Source: a virus
Virus record (IMG/VR): IMGVR_UViG_3300036770_005682
Coordinates: 64,001-128,000 of that record
Strand: one strand, 5' to 3'
Length of the DNA stretch: 64,000 bases
Shown here: positions 37,699 through 45,472 of the stretch, piece after piece
Layout: the number at the start of each line of letters is the position of its first letter
Position numbering within the stretch: position 1 is the first letter of the stretch
Translations under genes and position numbers: made by a program
The notes under the pieces: generated by a model
What the model was told of the DNA's origin: nothing
Seen by the model: the letters and a program-made list of their open reading frames with translations, nothing else
Databases searched by the model: none

Positions 37699-39231
37699 AT
37701 GTCCAAGAGCAACGAAACGCCTGTTGAGGCGACCATCAAGAAAGGCGCAACGCCACAGTATCCCGAACCTGAGATGCTGTCTCGTGGTGACCTGACTGCC
37801 ACAACCGACAACAAGCGTTGGAACATCGTGAATGTCCAACCTGTGCGTGGCGAGCCAATGACGGAAGTGACGCACCGTGAGATGCGTGTGCCGATGTACG
37901 ACACCGAACACTCACGCCACATACGGGCGCACGAGATGACCCACGCCAAAGTCTCGCCAACTGCGAAGCAGTTTGAGAAGTGGGTCGCTCGTGGCTACGC
38001 CAAGCCCGCAACGCTCGTGCGCTGTGAGGAACTGCGTGTGAATGTGCTGTGCGCCCGTGCGGGCTTTGAGCCGATGACGCACCTGACGGACGGAAGCGAG
38101 TATCTCGCAGGCAAGCGCACAGCAGAGGCGAGCGACTTTCAGAGTGCCGTGCTGGACGCTATCTCGTTCCGTGGCACGGCAGGATACGCACCGTACTTGG
38201 AAGGGGTGAAGCAGGTGAAGCCGATGTGGGCAGACCTGCTGGAAGCCATCTCCAAGACGGGCGAGGACTACTTCACGAGCGTCACCGACAACCCACGCTC
38301 GCAACCGCAACTGTGGGACACCCACAGCCGTCTCCACTTGTCAGGCTTTGGCTATGTGGAGAACTACGCCAAGTGGGTAGAAGAACAGGTGGGTGCGCTG
38401 TGCGACAACCCGACAGGCGAGCCACAACCACAGCCCGCAGGCAAGGAAGGCGAGGGCAAGGAAGGCGAGGGCAAGCAACCTGACAAGTCACCTGCCGAAG
38501 CAACTGCCAACGCAGGTGAACGCCTGACGCAAGACCGGTGGGGTCGTGGCAGTATCCCGAAGCGTGGTCGTGCGACCTTGTGGGAAGAACTGCGTGTCGC
38601 CACGCCTGCGTTGGAACGGAATGTGATGGGTGCTATCGGGCGCAAGCGTGTGGCATCGCAGACAGGGCGCAACCCACGCCGTCTGTCTCGTATGCTCACC
38701 GACCCTGAGAAGCGCATCTTTGACCGCACCGTGAAAGGCGCAGGTGGCGTGGTACTCATTGACACAAGCGGGTCAATGTCGCTAGACCACGATGAAGTGA
38801 TGGCGATGGTACTGAACGCACCGTCAGCACTCGTGGCGCAGTATTCGGGTGGCAAGCCATCACGCCCCAACCTGTATGTGGTCGCCAACAAGGGCAAGTG
38901 TGTGAACCAACTCCCGACACCGAATGGTGGGAACGGAATGGACGCACCCGCCTTGCGTTGGGCTATCTCCAAGCGTCAGCGCAACACCGCACCTATCATT
39001 TGGGTCACAGATGGTGGGGTCACGGGCAAGGGCGATGGCTGGTACGAGGACTTGGCGATGGAATGTATCAACCTTGTGAAGCGTCACGGCATCTACACCG
39101 CCGAAACGCCTGAGCAGGCTATTGAGATGTTGCGGGCGATGTCAAAGGGCGAGAAGGTCAAGAGCATTGTGCCATCGCACCTGTCAGCCGTCTATCAGTC
39201 CATCACGGGTCACGAACTGACCTTCCGCTAG
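37699..39231 (+). CDS. vWA-domain partner of MoxR with N-terminal HExxH motif
   Basis: HEMTH; LIDTSGSM MIDAS; WVTDG. Confidence 0.82.
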   Translation: MSKSNETPVEATIKKGATPQYPEPEMLSRGDLTATTDNKRWNIVNVQPVRGEPMTEVTHREMRVPMYDTEHSRHIRAHEMTHAKVSPTAKQFEKWVARGYAKPATLVRCEELRVNVLCARAGFEPMTHLTDGSEYLAGKRTAEASDFQSAVLDAISFRGTAGYAPYLEGVKQVKPMWADLLEAISKTGEDYFTSVTDNPRSQPQLWDTHSRLHLSGFGYVENYAKWVEEQVGALCDNPTGEPQPQPAGKEGEGKEGEGKQPDKSPAEATANAGERLTQDRWGRGSIPKRGRATLWEELRVATPALERNVMGAIGRKRVASQTGRNPRRLSRMLTDPEKRIFDRTVKGAGGVVLIDTSGSMSLDHDEVMAMVLNAPSALVAQYSGGKPSRPNLYVVANKGKCVNQLPTPNGGNGMDAPALRWAISKRQRNTAPIIWVTDGGVTGKGDGWYEDLAMECINLVKRHGIYTAETPEQAIEMLRAMSKGEKVKSIVPSHLSAVYQSITGHELTFR

Positions 39232-39345
39232 ACCGCACAGGCGGACTGTTCCCCCACCCACAGGGACAGCCCGCCCAAGCGTGGCGGGCGGGTGGCACTT
39301 CCCCCTTTCAGTCACCCGCCCGCCTGAACACGAAAGAGAACGCAG

Positions 39346-39507
39346 ATGAAGTGGAACACCACAGCAGTCATGGGTCACATTGTTGAGACTGTGACCACCG
39401 AAGCAGACGACATTGACACCGCAACGGAGATGGCATACGACCTGCTGGAAGGCAAGGGCTATGACCTGTCAGCCTTTGACGAAGTGACAACGGAGAGCGA
39501 GCGATGA
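39346..39507 (+). CDS. Small acidic hypothetical protein
   Basis: 53 aa, GAAAGAG RBS, ATGA overlap with the next gene. Confidence 0.55.
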   Translation: MKWNTTAVMGHIVETVTTEADDIDTATEMAYDLLEGKGYDLSAFDEVTTESER

Positions 39508-39764
39508 GCAAGTACCGTGTTCAGGTCATGGTCGGCGTAGATGTCTCAGCCGACACAGATGGCGAGGCGATGGTGAACGCCGTTGCGAAGGTGCGTGGCA
39601 TTATCGGGGAGAACCCGACAGAGCCAATGCCGAAGGAAGCGTGGGTGACGGGCATCGCACTTGCCGACCCCGCACATTGGCATCACACGAGCGTTGAGGG
39701 GTACATGGTATTCCGACAGCCCGACCGAGCCGAGGACAACTCTTTGACGGTGGCGGAAGACTAG
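39504..39764 (+). CDS. Hypothetical protein; 3' end contains a polar motif copy
   Basis: ORF track; motif at 39743-39760. Confidence 0.6.
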   Translation: MSKYRVQVMVGVDVSADTDGEAMVNAVAKVRGIIGENPTEPMPKEAWVTGIALADPAHWHHTSVEGYMVFRQPDRAEDNSLTVAED

Positions 39765-39988
39765 TCGCTGAACACTTTTTTGTCGTAGATGCGTAGGGCA
39801 TTTACGGCAAGGCTGGTCACGGCGCACTTCCAGTAAGGTGCGTTCCAGTCTGTGATGTCAGACGAACGCAAGAACCACAGCACAACCCACAGCACTCCGC
39901 CGTAAATAGAACCCGCAAGTCCAGCCCCTGCTAGCGTAACTAAGAACGCTGGTTTGGGGCTGTTTGTTATCTCAGGGTGTTTAGGCAT
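39761..39988 (-). CDS. Small membrane protein
   Basis: Start moved to MPKHPEIT; hydrophobic segment. Confidence 0.5.
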   Translation of the reverse strand: MPKHPEITNSPKPAFLVTLAGAGLAGSIYGGVLWVVLWFLRSSDITDWNAPYWKCAVTSLAVNALRIYDKKVFSD

Positions 39989-40355
39989 TGACGGTCTTGC
40001 CCAAGCGGTTGATGATTTGGTGAACGCGCTGGCGCGACAACCCGTACTCATCACCGATGCTTTGGAGCGACCTGCCATTTTGACGGGCAACGAGCATGGC
40101 GTTGTCCCTGTCGGGATTACCTGATGGGCCGGGCTTACATGGCCCCCATGCCCACCCTGCGAACTTCTCCAACTGTGCGATGCGCTCAGGAGACAGAGTG
40201 CCTGCCCGATACTTGATACGCACATAGGTCACCCATGACCCAAGTGAAACTGTCTCTCCGTCCACCGAACACTTGTACGAGGTCGGTACAAGGGCTGTTC
40301 CGTGTTCTGAAACGTAGGTGGATAGTGCTTGAATGTTTTTGTCCCATCGGCTCAT
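39981..40355 (-). CDS. Helicase-associated (HA) domain fused to a sigma-region-4-like HTH
   Basis: WDKNIQALSTY..EHGTALVP...LGSWV...LSPERIAQLE; SLQSIGDEYGLSRQRVHQI. Confidence 0.75.
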   Translation of the reverse strand: MSRWDKNIQALSTYVSEHGTALVPTSYKCSVDGETVSLGSWVTYVRIKYRAGTLSPERIAQLEKFAGWAWGPCKPGPSGNPDRDNAMLVARQNGRSLQSIGDEYGLSRQRVHQIINRLGKTVNA

Positions 40356-40554
40356 AGTCTTGACATTACTCGACCGGCCACCGGCTGCGGCGGAACCGGC
40401 TTGACAGCCCCGCGATGCGGCCGCCAGCTTCCGGGGCCCCTGATGACGGTGGTGGAAGACAGGGCCGGCCCTCGAGAAAGTTTTCGCCACGTGTTGCATT
40501 TGTCAGTTGTACTGGGTAGTGTGACGGCACCACTTCACAAGGAAGGAGAAGGAA

Positions 40555-40764
40555 ATGGAAACCTATGACAAAGAAGCAGTAGAGAAACTGCAACCAGAGA
40601 AAGCACGGGGGGAAGTGGGAGTGCTCTCAATGGAAGGACTAGATGTCGGCGTCAAAATCGCAGACGTTCGTGTCCGCTTCGGTCATATTGATTACCTAGT
40701 CAAGCCACTCAACGGCAAGGGCGAGGTATGGGTGGAGCGCCACCGTGTCAAAGTGATGGCGTGA
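40555..40764 (+). CDS. Hypothetical protein
   Basis: Promoter TTGCAT-N17-TAGTGT at 40494-40522; strong RBS. Confidence 0.68.
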   Translation: METYDKEAVEKLQPEKARGEVGVLSMEGLDVGVKIADVRVRFGHIDYLVKPLNGKGEVWVERHRVKVMA

Positions 40765-40803
40765 CAAACGTCACTTGACAAACTGGCTTGTGGGGTGTAG
40801 CGT
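40760..40803 (+). promoter_or_regulatory. Promoter with near-consensus CRP-like box
   Basis: CGTGA-caaacg-TCACT overlapping TTGACA-N17-TAGCGT. Confidence 0.78.
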
Positions 40804-40844
40804 GTACCCCACAAGTCACTACTTATCTATTAGCAAGGGGAACA

Positions 40845-40994
40845 ATGTCAGACGAACTGACCTACTGGAACTGCCACAAGTGCAAGGACACTTGGGAGCC
40901 GTACTACGGCATGCTGAGCATCAAAGACGATGTCACGCCCGCCATCATCATCTACACCTGCATCAACTGTATGCCAGACGACGAGGAGGAATGA
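40845..40994 (+). CDS. Small Zn-ribbon protein
   Basis: CHKC...CINC; AAGGGGA RBS. Confidence 0.55.
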   Translation: MSDELTYWNCHKCKDTWEPYYGMLSIKDDVTPAIIIYTCINCMPDDEEE

Positions 40995-41155
40995 TGCGTA
41001 CCCTCATCATCACACTCACCACACCCGACGAGATTGACCCATCAGAGGTCGCTGAAATCATGGTTGACGACTTTTACTACTCAAACCGTGCTACCGAGGA
41101 CTTCGGCCCGCACATGGAGGAGATTCTCATCTCATGGAAGGAAGAAGAGAAATGA
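40991..41155 (+). CDS. Small acidic hypothetical protein
   Basis: GAGGAGG RBS; ATGA overlaps. Confidence 0.55.
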   Translation: MMRTLIITLTTPDEIDPSEVAEIMVDDFYYSNRATEDFGPHMEEILISWKEEEK

Positions 41156-41472
41156 GAGCCATAGCAAGCGCTCCGATGCGCATCATGCCCATTACTGAAG
41201 CGATAGAAATCCGCTTCAGTTCCACGTCATACAAAGGCGACGTCACAAAATGGCAACTGCTCGCCAGCGTGAACACAAACGGCACCATCTCCTACACGCT
41301 TCACCGTGTTCCCCGTGCCTCGTACGGTTACTCATTGACCAGCCTTGTGGGTACCTCTCGTGTGATTCTTCCGATGAAGGCCTACGATGGGTGGCACGGC
41401 GATGTTCTTGAGTGGGTTCGTGACCACACTCTGTCAGGCAAGACCGTCTACGAGATTGAGAAGGTGCTCTAA
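41152..41472 (+). CDS. Hypothetical protein
   Basis: Coupled ORF. Confidence 0.6.
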   Translation: MRAIASAPMRIMPITEAIEIRFSSTSYKGDVTKWQLLASVNTNGTISYTLHRVPRASYGYSLTSLVGTSRVILPMKAYDGWHGDVLEWVRDHTLSGKTVYEIEKVL

Positions 41473-41930
41473 TGGCTACGCGTTCTGTTGTCGCTCGCTT
41501 GACTGAAAGCGGTATTGAGGGTCGCTACGTTCATTGGGATGGTTACCCCATCCACATGATGACAGCGCTCTACGAGTTGATTCGCCGTGACGGCTACGAG
41601 ACCGTCACACGTGTTCTTCTTGACGAACACGACGGGTGGTCATCCATCAACCCGTTCCAAGAAGAAGACGACGACACGATTGGACACGTGGAGACGCTTG
41701 AGTACTGGGGCAAGTACTACACGGACACACCGAACGAACCATTCTTCACGACATTGAGCGAGGCGTACGACGCTTGGGCGGAATACGTGTACATCATCGT
41801 CGCAGAGGGTGAACAGCCTGTGGAGATTCGCTGTTACCGCCAAGACACAGACGAACCGATTCAGGTGATGCAGGTGCTGTGCGACCATGAATACGACTCG
41901 TACTGTGCGAACTGCGGGGTGGACTCATGA
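41472..41930 (+). CDS. Phage early hypothetical protein (YxHWDGYP family)
   Basis: MATRS...YVHWDGYP...EYVY. Confidence 0.75.
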   Translation: MATRSVVARLTESGIEGRYVHWDGYPIHMMTALYELIRRDGYETVTRVLLDEHDGWSSINPFQEEDDDTIGHVETLEYWGKYYTDTPNEPFFTTLSEAYDAWAEYVYIIVAEGEQPVEIRCYRQDTDEPIQVMQVLCDHEYDSYCANCGVDS

Positions 41931-42070
41931 AAGATTTGATTGAGGAAATCATCAACATTCTCAACTTGCCTGGTGAGCAATACACAGACGGCGAATGCCT
42001 GGACCTCATCGCAGAGTTGTTGACGGAAAATGGATTTGAAGTTTTTGAGGAGCAGAATGAAAGCGCATGA
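41927..42070 (+). CDS. Small acidic hypothetical protein
   Basis: 47 aa; TDGECLDLI; ATGA overlap. Confidence 0.5.
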   Translation: MKDLIEEIINILNLPGEQYTDGECLDLIAELLTENGFEVFEEQNESA

Positions 42071-42308
42071 ACTCATCAAGCAATTGATGGAACTTCCGCC
42101 AGACGAGCCCGTCTGTGCACTCGTGTGGACAAAAGCAGAGTTTGATTTCAACGACGAGTATGACGAGTTGGAATTGACCCCCGAGGGTTGGCAAAAGGTC
42201 TGCGACGACTTCTACAGTTCCCTGAACGTGCTGTGCCACACGATTGACGAAAGTCTCAACAACGCAGTATTGGACTACGCAATAGAAAAGAGTTTTGATG
42301 CCGAGTGA
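42057..42308 (+). CDS. Acidic hypothetical protein
   Basis: MKAHELIKQLMELPPDE; GAGGAG RBS. Confidence 0.6.
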   Translation: MKAHELIKQLMELPPDEPVCALVWTKAEFDFNDEYDELELTPEGWQKVCDDFYSSLNVLCHTIDESLNNAVLDYAIEKSFDAE

Positions 42309-42705
42309 ACAAGTACTCGTAAACGACGACGGGGAAATCCAATGCATATGCATGAACGAGCCGTCGTGGGATGGGTTCAGCGCATGCCACCGCAATGGCC
42401 AAGTGGATGACAATCTGCTTTCAAAGCACAACGTCGACAGCGTCTACTACCTGTGTCAGCGCTGTGGCCGAATCATTAACGAAACAACCCTCGAGGTTGT
42501 GGCAGTGCTGCAGTCAGATGAAGAAAATTTTGATGACCTGTTCACTGCGGCCGTCGGGATGAAGGAACGTGCACACCGCATAGCCCAGCAGGCGCTGGAG
42601 GAGAAACCATGGAACGTCGAGGAAATGATGGGTGACCTCTCGAGTATCGAGCGACTTCTGGTGTGCCTCCAGAAGGTGAAACTCCAGGAGCTCCAAACGT
42701 TCTGA
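42295..42705 (+). CDS. Zn-binding hypothetical protein
   Basis: CICMN...CQRCGRII. Confidence 0.6.
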   Translation: MMPSEQVLVNDDGEIQCICMNEPSWDGFSACHRNGQVDDNLLSKHNVDSVYYLCQRCGRIINETTLEVVAVLQSDEENFDDLFTAAVGMKERAHRIAQQALEEKPWNVEEMMGDLSSIERLLVCLQKVKLQELQTF

Positions 42706-43015
42706 CAACTCTTTTACGGTGGTGGAAGAGGTTGTAATTACATAACGAAGTAGCTATTATGACTAAACAAATGCTGACGCCTGATATGACGCTCCGCTCG
42801 ACACTGTGCGAGCTCAAGAAATTTGAACACCCTCCAGTGAGCCGCTTTAAATTAGGCAGTCCTTGTCGTTTCATCCGAACAATTGACATATTTGTCCACA
42901 TCGTTATCCCCGAACTTGTGGAAAAACCTTTTCCACATCTCGCGCGATATCTGCGCAACACATCCCCTCGCTGGGGCCGCAGCTGGCGGCACTGGTAACT
43001 ACAGAAAGGAAAACC

Positions 43016-43324
43016 ATGTTTGACGACATGCCCAACCCATACGAAGACCTCTATATCTGGGATTCCCTGGAGAAACGCGGCTTCCCTATCGGCTCGGCCG
43101 TGCAATGCATTCATCTCAACGCACCAGGCGTACGTGAGGTAATTGTCAACGGAGACCCCGAAGCAATCCAGACTCTCATGAATTCCGAGGGCCGTGAGCT
43201 CAGCGAAACCATGGTCGAGGTCCTGAAGACGTTCGTCGGAATCATGTTCAAGGTTTACGCTGACCAGCCAGACGAAAAGCGGATGGAAATCCTCGAGTAC
43301 ATCAAAGGCCTGGCTGGCCAATGA
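43016..43324 (+). CDS. Hypothetical protein
   Basis: GAAAGGA RBS. Confidence 0.62.
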   Translation: MFDDMPNPYEDLYIWDSLEKRGFPIGSAVQCIHLNAPGVREVIVNGDPEAIQTLMNSEGRELSETMVEVLKTFVGIMFKVYADQPDEKRMEILEYIKGLAGQ

Positions 43325-43396
43325 TGGCCACATTAATATTCGCTGCGGCGGTAGTAGCGCTATTCACGTGTAACTGATGTGGTACCATCCCGGACC

Positions 43397-43573
43397 ATGT
43401 CGAAAAGATTTATCTGGAAATGCCCCAAGTGCTCGAACAAGCTCGAGGTGCGTGTGTCTTTGTCGACCGCCCCAGTCTGTGCGAACAAGAAAAGTCACAC
43501 CTCGAAGCCCCAGGTCATGGAGCTCATCGAGGGCGGCGAAGGGGCCATCGTTAAAAAACCAGCCAATAAATAA
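43397..43573 (+). CDS. Small Zn-ribbon protein
   Basis: WKCPKC...PVCANKKSH. Confidence 0.5.
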   Translation: MSKRFIWKCPKCSNKLEVRVSLSTAPVCANKKSHTSKPQVMELIEGGEGAIVKKPANK

Positions 43574-43618
43574 TCACTGACAACTCTTTTACGGTGGCGG
43601 AAGACCTAGTATTACTGC

Positions 43619-44104
43619 ATGAACACAACCGCATACAACATCGAAACCTGGAATGATGGGGCCGCCGCTGCGGCAGAGAAGATATTCGACTTCCCAGTCC
43701 CCCACCCCGGTTTATCCATCATCGAGCTCCGGTCGAGCTTCACAAAGATGGAAGATTATTTCGCCCGTCATGAAAACAGTGGCATGTTCTCTATTGCCTG
43801 GTCAGACGTAGGCAACGTAGCTGCGCGCTATGCCGCTAATAGCGGCCATCGCTTTACGCAGGATGAGCTAGTTGAGACATTAGTTCGCAAGCAACGTGAC
43901 TACGGTCATAATAATATTCTCCGTTTTGGCACGTATGGCGTCATCGTCCGCTGCCACGACAAAATCGCACGCCTCGAGCACCTCCTCGAGAACGGCAAGA
44001 CACCCCAGAACGAATCAATCAAAGACAACTTGATGGACGTCGCCGGCTACGCGGCAATTGGCATCATGCTCAACCATGGATGGTTCGAAAAAGAGCTGAA
44101 GTGA
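43619..44104 (+). CDS. Nucleotide modification associated domain 1 (DUF1599-like) protein
   Basis: KQRDYG...RCHDKIARL...ESIKDNLMDVAGYA. Confidence 0.78.
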   Translation: MNTTAYNIETWNDGAAAAAEKIFDFPVPHPGLSIIELRSSFTKMEDYFARHENSGMFSIAWSDVGNVAARYAANSGHRFTQDELVETLVRKQRDYGHNNILRFGTYGVIVRCHDKIARLEHLLENGKTPQNESIKDNLMDVAGYAAIGIMLNHGWFEKELK

Positions 44105-44200
44105 GGGGAGTCTCAGCGCAGCCAACCTACCCACAAACCGCGCTGAGACTCTAACCCTCGTGAGGGGAAGGGGACCCTCGAGGTCCAGGTTACACCATTA

Positions 44201-44214
44201 CGAACACATGTTCG
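44201..44214. promoter_or_regulatory. LexA/SOS box
   Basis: CGAAC-ACAT-GTTCG. Confidence 0.65.
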
Positions 44215-44634
44215 GGGATGCCGGGGCTCCCACCCACGTTGCGCTCATTAACATTTGACGGTGGCGGATGACCCCAAAAAAATTTCCCGAATCTGCTTGC
44301 AGCCGCCACACCCTCCTGCTACAGTTCCTCCCACAACCGAAGGCCGGCCTAAAACCTTCACTTTCAACGTTGCCCAAATCCAGCAACGTTATTTGTGTTG
44401 CCCCAACTCATGTTTTTTACCCCTGCCGCCTAGTGGGGGGGACTACAGGGGGGGGGTAAGTCACCTTACTGAACAATAATTGCGTTCTAGTACATCAGCT
44501 AGCGCTGATTGTTCTAGAAGCGTGAAATAACTTGAAGTTCTATAGTTCTTGAGTAAGGTAAGTCATAGTTAGTACTACAACTCCCCTACCAGTATGTTGT
44601 AGTACCAATGGTCGCGTAGAAGGAGTAAGTAATT

Positions 44635-44991
44635 TTGGCGCGGAAAAAATTGTCCGATAAAAAAGTTCCGGTAGAAAACCTCCCATACTTTTCCTCCGTA
44701 ACAGAAGATTCGGTATTTCAGGTTTTCACTATTTGGGTGGATACTTTTTGGTCCGGACGCGGACGACGTCCTGAGTTGACGCATAGCCGGCGCGACGCCA
44801 TCACTCGAGGAATAGCTGGACATGGCCTCCAGAAGGCTATTAAGGCCGTACGGGGCTGTTCACAGTCCGAGTTCCACATGGGCGGGAACGACCTGGGGAA
44901 GCAGTACACGTCGCTCGAGCTCATCTTCCGCGATGACTGGCGCATCAAGAAATTCGCTAGCATGTACAAACCGACGGTGGAGGAAGAATGA
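44635..44991 (+). CDS. Replication initiator C-terminal-like domain protein
   Basis: LTHSRRDAI...AVRGCSQSEFHMGGND...SLELIFRD; directly upstream of a helicase loader-like gene. Confidence 0.55.
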   Translation: MARKKLSDKKVPVENLPYFSSVTEDSVFQVFTIWVDTFWSGRGRRPELTHSRRDAITRGIAGHGLQKAIKAVRGCSQSEFHMGGNDLGKQYTSLELIFRDDWRIKKFASMYKPTVEEE

Positions 44992-45458
44992 CCAAGGATG
45001 AAGTAGTCAAAGCAGTAGAACTTCTCTACTCGCACTGGAATGACCGCCTGCCCAGCTCAGATGCCCCCAAGAAGGCCGCTCTGCGTGCCTGGGCCGAGTT
45101 TCTTATTGACCTTGACTACGAAGCCGTCGTCCGAGCCATATCGCACGCAGCCGTCTACGACACGTACATGCCGCGTCCAGGTCAGATTCGGAAAGCCGTA
45201 CTCCAGGAGTGCAGCCAATTACCAATCCCCCCGACTCCCGTGGAGGCTTGGGGTCAAGTTCGCTCTCTATGCGAATCAGTAGCGACTGGGACTTACAGCG
45301 AAGATAGCTTTCATCCCTGCGTGCTCGCCACAGTACGACAAATGGGAGGCATCGCCGGCGTCTCAGTGAACACAAACGGGGACCGAACATACTTCTTGGA
45401 AGCGTATCAGGAGCAAGTACGAGCCTGGGAAAAGCTCCACTATAAACTGATTCCGTGA
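44988..45458 (+). CDS. Replicative helicase loader/inhibitor (G39P-like)
   Basis: MTKDEV...AWAEFLIDLDYE...MPRPGQIR...PTPVEAW. Confidence 0.7.
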   Translation: MTKDEVVKAVELLYSHWNDRLPSSDAPKKAALRAWAEFLIDLDYEAVVRAISHAAVYDTYMPRPGQIRKAVLQECSQLPIPPTPVEAWGQVRSLCESVATGTYSEDSFHPCVLATVRQMGGIAGVSVNTNGDRTYFLEAYQEQVRAWEKLHYKLIP

Positions 45459-45472
45459 ATTAACATCTTGCC

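Larger units (their letters stand above)
27189..40438. repeat. Recurrent inverted repeat AGYCCCG-N18/19-CGGGGCY
   Basis: Copies start at 27189, 28781, 29657, 30346, 31010, 33665, 35981 and 40406. Confidence 0.85.

Noticed and set aside
27189-40438. Classical integron attC array
   Set aside because: No RYYYAAC/GTTRRRY ends, cassettes carry promoters and occur in both orientations, and no IntI is in the window.
42542-43333. 263-aa minus-strand ORF
   Set aside because: Antisense to RBS-supported + strand genes and crosses a motif linker; no recognisable motifs.
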